Position numbers and translations under genes: made by a program. A DNA stretch of 64,000 nt from an uncultured SAR86 cluster bacterium. Its GTDB lineage: Bacteria; Pseudomonadota; Gammaproteobacteria; Magnimaribacterales; AG-339-G14. Position 1 is the first letter of the stretch. Each line of letters opens with the position of its first letter. Under the pieces are notes generated by a model. It made no database searches. It saw nothing but the letters and a program-made list of their open reading frames with translations, and was not told the DNA's origin. This document shows, in pieces, positions 39,044 to 47,916 of the stretch. The DNA is taken from contig CACAWS010000004.1 of the NCBI GenBank assembly GCA_902536295.1, forward strand, positions 6,568 to 70,567, read 5' to 3'.

Positions 39044-39775
39044 ATGATTAAAAAAAATAATATAGATATCGAATTTATTTTGGTTGAACCCTCTCATCCT
39101 GGAAATATCGGAGCTTGTGCAAGAGCTATAAAAAATATGGGTTTTAAAAAATTAGCATTAGTTAATCCTAGAAAAAAAATAAATGAAGAAGCCTTTCATA
39201 GAGCAAAGGGCGCAAAAGATATTTTAGAAAATGCAGTCATATTCGATTCATTCGACTTGGCCATTAATGAAAAAAATTTGATTTTAGCTACAAGTGCTAG
39301 GAAAAGAACTATTCAGTGGCCAACTTATTTTGTGGACAACATTAGTGATGAAATTAAAAGTCAAATGAAATCAGAAATGATTAAAACAGGAATTGTATTT
39401 GGTAGAGAAGACAACGGCCTTTCTAATGAGGAGCTTCAGAAGTGTCACTATCATTTAATTATTCCAGCTAACGAAGAATATTCGTCTTTAAATCTTTCTC
39501 ACGCTCTTCAAATTGTTGCCTTTGAAATACGAAAGATCATTTTTGATGATGAAATTAATAAGATAGAAGTTAGAGATGTTGTATCAAATCAAGAAAATGA
39601 AAAATTGTTAGAACATCTGATGGAAGTTTTAAAAAAAATTGATTTTTATGATCCAAAAAGTTCTAAACAAGTCAAAACAAGAATTGATAGATTAATAAAA
39701 AAATCTAGGTTGGATAAAATGGAAATGGGAATTCTTAGAGGATTTCTTTCTAAGATTATAGACTTTGAAAAATAA
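39044..39775 (+). CDS. trmJ: tRNA (cytidine/uridine-2'-O)-methyltransferase TrmJ (SpoU/TrmH family)
   Basis: 243 aa with N-terminal LVEPSHPGNIGACARAIKNMG and the SLNLSHA motif. Confidence 0.85.
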   Translation: MIKKNNIDIEFILVEPSHPGNIGACARAIKNMGFKKLALVNPRKKINEEAFHRAKGAKDILENAVIFDSFDLAINEKNLILATSARKRTIQWPTYFVDNISDEIKSQMKSEMIKTGIVFGREDNGLSNEELQKCHYHLIIPANEEYSSLNLSHALQIVAFEIRKIIFDDEINKIEVRDVVSNQENEKLLEHLMEVLKKIDFYDPKSSKQVKTRIDRLIKKSRLDKMEMGILRGFLSKIIDFEK

Positions 39776-39805
39776 TTCATTCTGATACAATCGTTTTCTC
39801 GTTGA

Positions 39806-39880
39806 GTCCCCTTCGTCTAGCGGTTAGGACACCGGGTTTTCATCTCGGCAACAGGGGTTCGATCCCCCTAGGGGACGCCA
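39806..39880 (+). tRNA. tRNA-Glu (anticodon UUC), CCA encoded
   Basis: GTCCCCT acceptor, GTCT-AGCGGTTA-GGAC D-arm, CCGGG-TTTTCAT-CTCGG anticodon arm, AGGGG-TTCGATC-CCCCT T-arm and AGGGGAC-G-CCA. Confidence 0.92.
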
Positions 39881-40048
39881 AAAAATTACGCTCTTTTTAA
39901 GTGCATTTCATAAATATTTAGAGCAAAAATGTTCGATTTCCTTACGTTTTAAGCCCTTTTAGTTTTTTTAGTTGAAAATTGCTGCCTTTTTCAAAGATTT
40001 AAAATAAGACAGTAAATTGTTTGAATGCTGTGCATTTATCAAATGTTT

Positions 40049-40399
40049 ATGAAACTTATGTCAATTGTTGTAAAACCATCTAAAGTCGAAGCTGTTAAAA
40101 GCGCTATTTCATCCGTGGGTGTAAGTGGTGCAACTATCTTAGATGCTAGAGGGTTTGGTTCAACAAAGGGGCACACAGACTCTTATAGGGGAGCTCAATA
40201 TCAAGTGGATACAAATCCTAAAGCTATGTTGCAGGTCGCATGTAAGGACGAGAGTGTGAATGACATTATAGAAGCGGTTCGTAGTGTGGCTAATACCAAC
40301 ACTATTGGGGATGGAAAAATTTTCATCACAGAACTTTTAGATGTAATACGTATCAGAACTGGTGAATCCGGTGAAGGTGCAATTAACGGAGAATATTAA
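40049..40399 (+). CDS. glnK: nitrogen regulatory protein P-II
   Basis: MKLMSIVVKPSKVEAV... is followed by the T-loop GFGSTKGHTDSYRGAQY with the conserved Tyr. It is directly followed by amtB. I prefer the start at 40049; the listed ORF starts at 40025. Confidence 0.85.
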   Translation: MKLMSIVVKPSKVEAVKSAISSVGVSGATILDARGFGSTKGHTDSYRGAQYQVDTNPKAMLQVACKDESVNDIIEAVRSVANTNTIGDGKIFITELLDVIRIRTGESGEGAINGEY

Positions 40400-41637
40400 T
40401 GGAAGAAATTAAATTTTCATTAGACACATTCTATGCTCTCATGTCGGGAGCTTTAGTTATGTGGATGGCTGCCGGTTTCACAATGTTGGAAGCTGGTTTA
40501 GTTCAGAAGAAGGATGTCTCTGAGATCGTTACAAAGAATTTAGGATTGTATTCAATCGCATGTGTCATGTATTTGGCTTGTGGATTTATTCTTATGTACC
40601 CTGGCTCAGCATTAATTGACGGAATTCTTCCGGGAATAGGAACTTCTTGGTGGTTATCTACCGCTGATCCTATCGAGGAAATCGGTATACCTTACGGTAT
40701 GGATTATTCACAACAAGCTGATTTCTTTTTCCAAGTAGTTTTTGTTGCAACAGCTATGTCGATTGTTTCGGGAGCGGTTGCAGGTAGAATGAAACTATTA
40801 CCTTTCTACTTATTTGCTGTAATTCTTACTGCATTCATTTATCCAATCCAAGGTTACTGGAACTGGGGTGGTGGTTTCTTAAGTTCTGGTGGTTATTCTG
40901 ACTACGCTGGTTCAGGAACAGTACACTTGTGTGGTGCTGCCGCTGCTCTAGCTGTAGTTACAGTTTTAGGTCCTAGGAAAGGAAAATATAATGCTGACGG
41001 TTCAGTTAATCCTATGCCTGGATCAAATATTCCATTAGCCGCTCTAGGTGCATGGATACTTTGGTTGGGTTGGTTTGGATTTAATGGCGGTTCAGAGCTT
41101 GTAGTTAGTTCTGAAGCTAGTGCAATTGCTGTTAGTCAGGTGTTCTTAAACACTAATATGGCTGCCGCAGGTGGAGTAATTGCTGCATTATTAACAAGCT
41201 TATTTGCAACAGGAAAAATGGATGTCACCATGGCGATAAATGGTGCAATTGCAGGTCTAGTTGCAATCACGGCTGGGCCCAGCGCTCCAACTGGTGGTGA
41301 AGCTGTATTTATTGGTGCCGCTGGTGGTGTATTGGTTTACTTCTCAATTCTTTTCTTTGATAAGACAATGAAAGTAGACGATCCTGTTGGCGCAATTTCA
41401 GCTCACGGGACTGTAGGTATCTTAGGTGTAATGGTTGTTCCATTTACATCAGACGCTTCTTTCCTATGGCAATTATATGGCGTACTAGCTATCGGTGGAT
41501 TCACTTACATAGCAAGTTTAATAGTTACATTTATTATAAATGTAATTATGCCAATCAGAGCAACTGATGAAGAGCAAGACGCTGGTCTAGACTCAACAGA
41601 AGTTGGGGTATCAGCTTACCCAGAATTCTCAGATTAA
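40399..41637 (+). CDS. amtB: ammonium transporter
   Basis: 412 aa, Amt/Rh family, with DYAGSGTVHLCGAAAALA and AISAHGTVGILG motifs. Confidence 0.93.
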   Translation: MEEIKFSLDTFYALMSGALVMWMAAGFTMLEAGLVQKKDVSEIVTKNLGLYSIACVMYLACGFILMYPGSALIDGILPGIGTSWWLSTADPIEEIGIPYGMDYSQQADFFFQVVFVATAMSIVSGAVAGRMKLLPFYLFAVILTAFIYPIQGYWNWGGGFLSSGGYSDYAGSGTVHLCGAAAALAVVTVLGPRKGKYNADGSVNPMPGSNIPLAALGAWILWLGWFGFNGGSELVVSSEASAIAVSQVFLNTNMAAAGGVIAALLTSLFATGKMDVTMAINGAIAGLVAITAGPSAPTGGEAVFIGAAGGVLVYFSILFFDKTMKVDDPVGAISAHGTVGILGVMVVPFTSDASFLWQLYGVLAIGGFTYIASLIVTFIINVIMPIRATDEEQDAGLDSTEVGVSAYPEFSD

Positions 41638-41650
41638 TTTCTCCCTAATA

Positions 41651-41690
41651 AAAAGCAGGCAAGCCTCCCTTGCCTGCTTTTTTCTTTTTT
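41651..41690 (+). terminator. rho-independent terminator after amtB
   Basis: GCAGGCAAG-CCTCC-CTTGCCTGC (9-bp stem) is followed by TTTTTTCTTTTTT. Confidence 0.85.
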
Positions 41691-41725
41691 GTTTATAACT
41701 AAAGTTAAAAGTTAAAATCTATCTG

Positions 41726-43732
41726 ATGAGATATGTATTTGCGTTACTATTTTTTTTATTCCCTATTAACCTGCTTTCAGAAATAGAAGAGACACTAATA
41801 GTGACGGAATCAAATTGGTTTTTTTTACCTTCTATTGACGAAATAAAGCAAGAGGAGATCGAGTTTTATAATCCTCATCATTTTAAGGAATTATTAAATC
41901 TATCCTCTGGAGTTTGGATTAGTCGAGGTTCCGGTCAAGAAAGTTTAATCTCTTTAAGATCACCTGTCCTGACTGGAGCAGGAGCTTGCGGATCTTTTCA
42001 GATTTTAGAGGACGGCATTCCAATCAGGCCTGCGGGCTTTTGTAATGTTAATAATCTTTTTGAGGTTGCTGGAAATTTGGCCTCTGAAATTGAAGTGGTT
42101 AAAGGCCCTTCGAGTTCAATGTTTGGTGGGAACGCTTTGCACGGAGTTATAAATGTTAAATCTATAAATACAGTAGGGAATAGTAATTTAAATTTTCAAG
42201 TAGACAAAAATGATTCAATAAGAAGTAAATTTATCTACAAAAGAATAAAAAATACTGCAGTTGGATTTGACTTCGCAAAAGATAAGGGATTCAGGAATCG
42301 GTCTGGATTTGATCAGCAAAAATTTGTCATAAAAAACTCTAAAGATATTGAAGATTGGTCATTACAAACATTAATTAGTTTTACTAACTTGAACCAGGAG
42401 ACAGCAGGTTATATTAATTCATATTTATATCCTACAAGAATAGATAATATTAATCCTGAGGCATATAGAGATGCCAAATCCTTAAGAATAAAGACAGAAA
42501 TTTCAAAAACTCTTGAAAAATATAATGTTCATTTCATACCTTACTTAAGATTTAGTTCTATGGAATTTATCCAGCATTATTTGCCTGGAAAACCTATCGA
42601 AAAAAATGGCCAGAAAAGTACAGGTCTTAAGTTCAAGTTATCAGAATTAGAAATAAATGATAACTTGTTTGAAATAGGTAGTCAGATCGAAATAGCCTTC
42701 GTTAACCTAGATCAGTTTCAACCTGATACATTGAATTCTCCAAATGCTTTTAACAATGCAGTTAGGCCACAGGGCTACCACTATGACTTTGAGGTAGTAA
42801 CAAGTTTTCTTGCTGGTTTTATATCTCATGAATATGAATTTAAGAATAAATACAATTTTTTTTCGAATTTACGTCTCGAATATCTTAATTACAATTATGA
42901 CAATTTAATGTCTGACGGTCGTTTAAAAGACGATGGAACTTCATGCGCTAGAGGCGGTTGTTTTTACTCTAGACCAGCAGATTCTGAATTAAGTTTTATG
43001 GATTATTCTTATAGATTAGGACTCTCAAAGTTTACTAACATTGGCAAGGTTTTCATTCAATTTAGTAAGGGGCATCGGCCTCCACAGATTAATGAATTAT
43101 TTAGGCTTCAAAAATCTCAGGTTCTTGCAGATTTAGATTCAGAAAAAATAGACTCAATTGAAATAGCTTTGGAAAACAATGGAAATGATTTTTTTAATAA
43201 ATTAGTTTTTTATTATTCAAAAAAGAAAAATTATATATTCAAAGATTCTGACTCTAATATGGTGCTAGGTGGCAAGTCAAGGCACAAAGGAATTGAATTA
43301 AAAGGGGCAAAAATTTTAAATAATTATTTTTCAATCAAATACGCTCTTAATTTAGCAGGACACTACTATGATTTTATCAATCAAGACATAGGAGTGGTAT
43401 CGGGAAATGAAATAGATACTAGCCCAAACATTTTTGGCAGTATTTTTATAAATTTTAATGCTTTCAACAAATTAAATTTTGAGTTAGAGCAAGAATTTAT
43501 GGATCAATACTTTACCGAGCCCTCGAATACTTACGTTTATAAAGGTCACAACCTAACTAATCTGAGAAGTTCTTATGAATTAAGTGATGATATAAATTTA
43601 AATCTGAGTATTTTGAATCTTTTTGATAAAGAGTATGCTGAGAGGGCAGACTACTCCTCATTTACTGGAGAAAGATTTTTTCCAGGAATTCCTTTAAAGT
43701 GGCGTTTAGGAATTAATTACAAATTCAATTAA
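41726..43732 (+). CDS. TonB-dependent outer-membrane receptor (substrate unknown)
   Basis: 668 aa with a signal peptide, a TonB-box-like ETLIVTE, a plug domain, a beta-barrel and a C-terminal aromatic residue (..INYKFN). Confidence 0.85.
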   Translation: MRYVFALLFFLFPINLLSEIEETLIVTESNWFFLPSIDEIKQEEIEFYNPHHFKELLNLSSGVWISRGSGQESLISLRSPVLTGAGACGSFQILEDGIPIRPAGFCNVNNLFEVAGNLASEIEVVKGPSSSMFGGNALHGVINVKSINTVGNSNLNFQVDKNDSIRSKFIYKRIKNTAVGFDFAKDKGFRNRSGFDQQKFVIKNSKDIEDWSLQTLISFTNLNQETAGYINSYLYPTRIDNINPEAYRDAKSLRIKTEISKTLEKYNVHFIPYLRFSSMEFIQHYLPGKPIEKNGQKSTGLKFKLSELEINDNLFEIGSQIEIAFVNLDQFQPDTLNSPNAFNNAVRPQGYHYDFEVVTSFLAGFISHEYEFKNKYNFFSNLRLEYLNYNYDNLMSDGRLKDDGTSCARGGCFYSRPADSELSFMDYSYRLGLSKFTNIGKVFIQFSKGHRPPQINELFRLQKSQVLADLDSEKIDSIEIALENNGNDFFNKLVFYYSKKKNYIFKDSDSNMVLGGKSRHKGIELKGAKILNNYFSIKYALNLAGHYYDFINQDIGVVSGNEIDTSPNIFGSIFINFNAFNKLNFELEQEFMDQYFTEPSNTYVYKGHNLTNLRSSYELSDDINLNLSILNLFDKEYAERADYSSFTGERFFPGIPLKWRLGINYKFN

Positions 43733-43740
43733 AATTTCAA

Positions 43741-45111
43741 GTGAGTCATTCTAAAATCTCTGAAGAATTGCCTAGTAATATTGAAAGCGTTTCTAGTCCA
43801 GAAACTTTATCAATATGGGGATTAGCATGGCCTTCGATTTTAGCCAATATTTTATTTGCTGCAGCAGGAGTGGTTTCGATTAAAGCTGTTGGTGTGCTTG
43901 GAACTGAAGCAGTCGCAGCCGTAGGAACAGGTCAAAGAATTTTATTTGTAATTCAATCAATAATCATGGCGGTTTCTACTGGAACTGCAGCGCTGGTAGC
44001 CAGAGCTTTTGGCTCTAGTAATTATCAAGAATCGTCACAGGTGCTATTAGACTCGCTATGGATTGGTTCCGCACTAAGTATGGTTGCCACCTTATCGATG
44101 TGGTTTTATGGAGAATCAATTATTTCCTTGTTCGGTTTAGATCCTGAGTCTAAAAAATTGGCTGTTATCTACATTAAGTACACTATGTTATTTTCAATAA
44201 CTTTTTCTTGCTCATTTATTTTCAGCTCTGCTTTAAGAGCTGCCGGCGATGCCAAAACTCCCTTAGCAATTATGATTTTCCAAAATCTCTTAAATATATA
44301 TTTACTAATTGGATTAGTTAATGGGCAATTTGGATTTCCAAAATTGGGAGTTCTGGGAGCCTCATATGCTTGGGGTATATCATTTACAGTCGGCACGATC
44401 ATCTATCTGATTCTTTGGCTTTCAAAAATAACAATTATTCCTGTTCCCGATATAAGAGGAATAATTTATAAAAGAGTTAGGTCAATAATAAGAATTGCGA
44501 CACCTGCCACCTTAGAGTCTGGTGTTTTTCAATCAGGGTTGCTATTTTACTTTTGGATTATTTCCTTGTATGGAACTGAGCCAAGCGCAGCGTATAACAT
44601 TGGAATAAATATTCTAATGCTCTCTTTTATGATTGGTCAGGGATTTTCTATCGCTGGGGCAACACTTACAGGGCAATTTTTAGGAGCTAATAACCCAAAA
44701 GAAGCAAAAAGAAGTGGTTGGAGATCTGCAGGATTGTCGATTATTTCTATGGGCGTTGTGGGGCTTTTAATTGCAATGTTTTCTAATGAAATATCAAGAT
44801 TTCTTGTTGACGATGATGAAGTTGTGAGACTAACAGTCATATTTGTATGGTTTCTAGGATCCATGCAACCTTTGATGGCAATAGAGTTTGCGATAGGGGG
44901 TGCTTTGAGAGGAGCTGGAGACACGACATCACCGTTAGTAATAACTTTAATAGGTTTAATATTCTTTAGATTGTCTATCGCTTTGTCATTTTTATTATTT
45001 GATTTACCTGTTGAATACATTTTTGCAAGTTTAATGATTGATTATCTTGTTAAAGCTATTTTATTCGCCTATTGGTTTAATTCTGGTAAATGGATAAAAA
45101 TTAATATTTAG
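43741..45111 (+). CDS. MATE family efflux transporter
   Basis: 456 aa, 12 TM segments, GTG start. The pattern is typical of the MatE repeat. Confidence 0.8.
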   Translation: MSHSKISEELPSNIESVSSPETLSIWGLAWPSILANILFAAAGVVSIKAVGVLGTEAVAAVGTGQRILFVIQSIIMAVSTGTAALVARAFGSSNYQESSQVLLDSLWIGSALSMVATLSMWFYGESIISLFGLDPESKKLAVIYIKYTMLFSITFSCSFIFSSALRAAGDAKTPLAIMIFQNLLNIYLLIGLVNGQFGFPKLGVLGASYAWGISFTVGTIIYLILWLSKITIIPVPDIRGIIYKRVRSIIRIATPATLESGVFQSGLLFYFWIISLYGTEPSAAYNIGINILMLSFMIGQGFSIAGATLTGQFLGANNPKEAKRSGWRSAGLSIISMGVVGLLIAMFSNEISRFLVDDDEVVRLTVIFVWFLGSMQPLMAIEFAIGGALRGAGDTTSPLVITLIGLIFFRLSIALSFLLFDLPVEYIFASLMIDYLVKAILFAYWFNSGKWIKINI

Positions 45112-45185
45112 TTATTTATTTATATTTTTTATCTTTTTTAATGTATTATTTACGTAATTATTAATAATTATCTGGGAGAGATATT

Positions 45186-45887
45186 ATGGAATATGTTCTA
45201 GCTACCAATGATTATGTTGGTATTTCTTTTTGGCTAGCCACAGCTATAATGCTTGCTTCTACTGTATTTTTCTTCATTGAAAGATCTGACGTCAAAGGTA
45301 AGTGGAAAACTTCTTTGACTGTTGCGGGTTTAGTTACTGGTATAGCTTTTTGGCATTATTTGTACATGAGAGACGTATGGGTAATGGTTGGTGACACACC
45401 TACTGTTTACCGATACATTGATTGGTTAATCACTGTTCCTCTTCAAATAATTGAATTTTATTTAGTTATTGCTGCTGTTACAGCAATTAGCGCTGTCATT
45501 TTCTGGAAGCTTCTAACCGCTTCAATTGTGATGTTGGTTTTTGGATATCTTGGAGAAACTGGATTAATGGATGTAACCCTTGGTTGGGTGATTGGAATGA
45601 TCGCTTGGCTGTACATCATTTATGAAATCTTCTTTGGTGAAACAGCTGCTGCTAATGCTGGCAGTGGAAACGCAGCCAGTCAACAAGCATTTACAACAAT
45701 TAAATGGATTGTGACTGTAGGTTGGGCAATATACCCATTGGGATATGCAATTGGATATTTCGGTGGCGGAGTAGATGCTAATTCGTTGAATATAATCTAC
45801 AACTTGGCTGACTTAATTAACAAAACAGCGTTTGGTTTAGCTATCTGGGCTGCTGCTAAAGCAGATTCAGAAACTTCCTACGCTTAA
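45186..45887 (+). CDS. proteorhodopsin (light-driven proton pump), blue-absorbing type (Gln105)
   Basis: 233 aa, 7 TM segments. In standard proteorhodopsin numbering: H75 (FWHYLYMR), R94/D97 (YRYIDW), Q105 and E108 (VPLQIIEF), D227/K231 (NLADLINKTAFG). A GGGAGAG SD lies upstream. Confidence 0.93.
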   Translation: MEYVLATNDYVGISFWLATAIMLASTVFFFIERSDVKGKWKTSLTVAGLVTGIAFWHYLYMRDVWVMVGDTPTVYRYIDWLITVPLQIIEFYLVIAAVTAISAVIFWKLLTASIVMLVFGYLGETGLMDVTLGWVIGMIAWLYIIYEIFFGETAAANAGSGNAASQQAFTTIKWIVTVGWAIYPLGYAIGYFGGGVDANSLNIIYNLADLINKTAFGLAIWAAAKADSETSYA

Positions 45888-45900
45888 AGGAAAAAAACCA

Positions 45901-45935
45901 AAAAAAAACTCCGGCATTAAGCCGGAGTTTTTTTT
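45901..45935 (+). terminator. rho-independent terminator after proteorhodopsin (A-tract / stem / T-tract, potentially bidirectional)
   Basis: AAAAAAAA-CTCCGGC-ATTAA-GCCGGAG-TTTTTTTT. Confidence 0.85.
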
Positions 45936-45938
45936 GGA

Positions 45939-45971
45939 GCTTCTTGTGAATCTCCCCCTTACACAAGAAGC
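45939..45971. repeat. perfect 10-bp inverted repeat GCTTCTTGTG ... CACAAGAAGC with a 13-nt C-rich loop
   Basis: Read directly, immediately after the rhodopsin terminator. No T-tract follows on either strand, so it is not a canonical terminator. Confidence 0.4.
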
Positions 45972-46099
45972 AATATAAGATATAAAAAAAATCTATTAAG
46001 GTCAAAACTTTTATTAATTTTTTTTAACTTTGCGTTTCATATTTTTTATTTAAAGTAAAGGTTGATTCAGATTTTCATAATATGTAAATTAATAGGTCT

Positions 46100-46175
46100 G
46101 CGATTGTAGCTCAGTTGGTAGAGCGCGACCTTGCCAAGGTCGAGGCCACGGGTTCGAACCCCGTCAATCGCTCCA
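46100..46175 (+). tRNA. tRNA-Gly (anticodon GCC), CCA encoded
   Basis: GCGATTG acceptor, GCTC-AGTTGGTA-GAGC D-arm, CGACC-TTGCCAA-GGTCG anticodon arm, ACGGG-TTCGAAC-CCCGT T-arm and CAATCGC-T-CCA. Confidence 0.92.
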
Positions 46176-46191
46176 GTTTTAAAAAAAAATA

Positions 46192-47121
46192 ATGAAACTA
46201 TTTTTAATTTCTTTATTACTCATCTTAAGTTTCTATGTACATAGCGATGCTTGTAAACATTCTAAGTGGGGAGAAGGTGATGAATTAGGTAATGCGAACC
46301 TACTTACAAAAGAATTAGTTCTTGAAGCTTCAGATTTAATTAAAACTGGGAATGTATATAGTTTAGGCTTAGTCATTGATCAGAATACTCCAGCCTATCC
46401 TCCAAGATCTTTAAGTTTGAGTGTAGTTCAGCCTACTCAACAGTTTGGCAAATTAGGCTTGCCCAATGCGACTTACAACGACGACATGTTTCATGGCTGG
46501 TTAGGCATAGGTTCTCAAATTGATGGTCTTGGACACATCGGAGGCACCGATGCAATTTTTTATAATTGCCATGATGGTAAAGAATTCTCTGAAACAACTG
46601 GGTTAACCAAGTTAGGAATTGAAAAAATTCCGCCAATTGTCACAAGAGGTGTTTTAGTAGACATGGCTAGATTCTTTAAAAAAGATTTTCTAGAGGCTGG
46701 AGAAACTTTCGATGTTGATGACGTGATTGAAGCTCTTAAACTTCAAGACGTCACAATTGAAGAAGGGGATGTAGTTATATTTCACACTGGATGGACCGAA
46801 GCAAAATATTTTTCTGACCCTGAATTATGGGGTTCAGGAACGCCAGGGCCTACTGGAGAAGTTTCTTCATTCCTAGCTTCAAAAAATGTTGTTGCAGCCG
46901 GAGCAGATACTTGGTCATATGATGTTGTTCCTCCAATTGATTTAAATGAGCCTTATCCAGGACATCAAATACTTTTAAAAGAGAATGGGATATATATCTT
47001 AGAAGCTATGAGTACAGGCGAGCTTGCGAAAGATAATGTTTATGAGTTTTTGTTTGTACTAGGCCAGGCTAAGGTTAGGGGGGCGGTTCAAATGATAATT
47101 AATCCTATAGCTATAAATTAG
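46192..47121 (+). CDS. secreted cyclase-family protein (arylformamidase/putative cyclase fold)
   Basis: 309 aa with a signal peptide. GSQIDGLGHIG and the FHTGW motif are consistent with the putative cyclase family. Confidence 0.55.
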   Translation: MKLFLISLLLILSFYVHSDACKHSKWGEGDELGNANLLTKELVLEASDLIKTGNVYSLGLVIDQNTPAYPPRSLSLSVVQPTQQFGKLGLPNATYNDDMFHGWLGIGSQIDGLGHIGGTDAIFYNCHDGKEFSETTGLTKLGIEKIPPIVTRGVLVDMARFFKKDFLEAGETFDVDDVIEALKLQDVTIEEGDVVIFHTGWTEAKYFSDPELWGSGTPGPTGEVSSFLASKNVVAAGADTWSYDVVPPIDLNEPYPGHQILLKENGIYILEAMSTGELAKDNVYEFLFVLGQAKVRGAVQMIINPIAIN

Positions 47122-47759
47122 GCAGAATCTAAATCATCAGCAATTGAATGATTTTTATCTCGATGACCAGCTTCATCATTTCTTACTGCAATTACGACAT
47201 CTCTAAGAGTGGCATCTTTCGGTAAATTCCAATAATTGATAGCAATGTCAGGAGCTTGAGAATTTTCTATTTGACCTTTATCAATTTCTTCCAAATATTC
47301 AGAGTAAGAAATTACAGCTTCTTCTTCAAAGTAACCAATCATTCTATGCGCAGTTCGATTAAAGAAGATATAAAGAAATGTATAAAAAGTACCGAATCCA
47401 ATTTGAGCCAAAAATATTAAAAATCTTTCGAATGTTGATGGTTGAGCAATTTCTATAAAAGTCATTAGGTGCATTCTCTCATTCTCTGCTTCTTCTAACA
47501 TTTCTCGAATCAAACCATCATCATTTTGCATTCTTCTTAAAGAGCGCAAGTGATGAATAACTCCAGCTACCATGCCAGGTACTGCGGCAACAGTCTCTAG
47601 AACAACAGCTCTATGACCGTATCTTTTTTTAAAAAGAAAATCGGCTGCATTTCTTAGAAACTTGGTAATGCTAAGGGCAAAAGAATCACTAATAGAAATT
47701 GGTAACTTATGACCAGCAATCTCATTTTTCATATTAGGTGGCAATTCTTGATTTAACAT
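47118..47759 (-). CDS. aox: alternative oxidase (cyanide-insensitive ubiquinol oxidase, di-iron carboxylate)
   Basis: 213 aa with VVLETVAAVPGMVAG, LEEAENERMHLMTF, YFEEEAVISY and RNDEAGHRDKNH. These are the four Glu/His iron-binding blocks of mitochondrial-type AOX. Confidence 0.9.
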   Translation of the reverse strand: MLNQELPPNMKNEIAGHKLPISISDSFALSITKFLRNAADFLFKKRYGHRAVVLETVAAVPGMVAGVIHHLRSLRRMQNDDGLIREMLEEAENERMHLMTFIEIAQPSTFERFLIFLAQIGFGTFYTFLYIFFNRTAHRMIGYFEEEAVISYSEYLEEIDKGQIENSQAPDIAINYWNLPKDATLRDVVIAVRNDEAGHRDKNHSIADDLDSA

Positions 47760-47916
47760 GACTTGATTTTATATAAATGAAAGTTATATAAAATATTTTG
47801 AACCTTTTAAGTTGATATATATATCTAAAAGCTATATATAAAATTTAAATACAATTAAAAAGATATATAAAAAAATACAATGCTTCAGATAATATAAATA
47901 AAAAAAGAGAAAAATT

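Noticed and set aside
39881-40048. I looked for a second glutamine-riboswitch copy, a sigma-54 (TGGCAC-N5-TTGC) promoter or NtrC sites upstream of glnK-amtB.
   Set aside because: No ACGGAAGTAGG/GAAGGAACG strings and no GG-N10-GC element are visible. The only feature is a repeated GTGCATTT (39901 and 40030), which is too weak to call.
45939-45971. The perfect 10-bp hairpin after the rhodopsin terminator as a second terminator or small RNA
   Set aside because: No U-tract follows on either strand and there are no promoter-like hexamers nearby. I keep it only as an unexplained inverted repeat.
45888-47759. Possible tRNA-Gly-associated genomic island carrying the cyclase and aox genes, or the rhodopsin itself as a mobile cassette
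   Set aside because: There is no integrase, transposase or phage gene. I noticed no direct repeat of the tRNA 3' end, and there is no obvious compositional break from the flanks.
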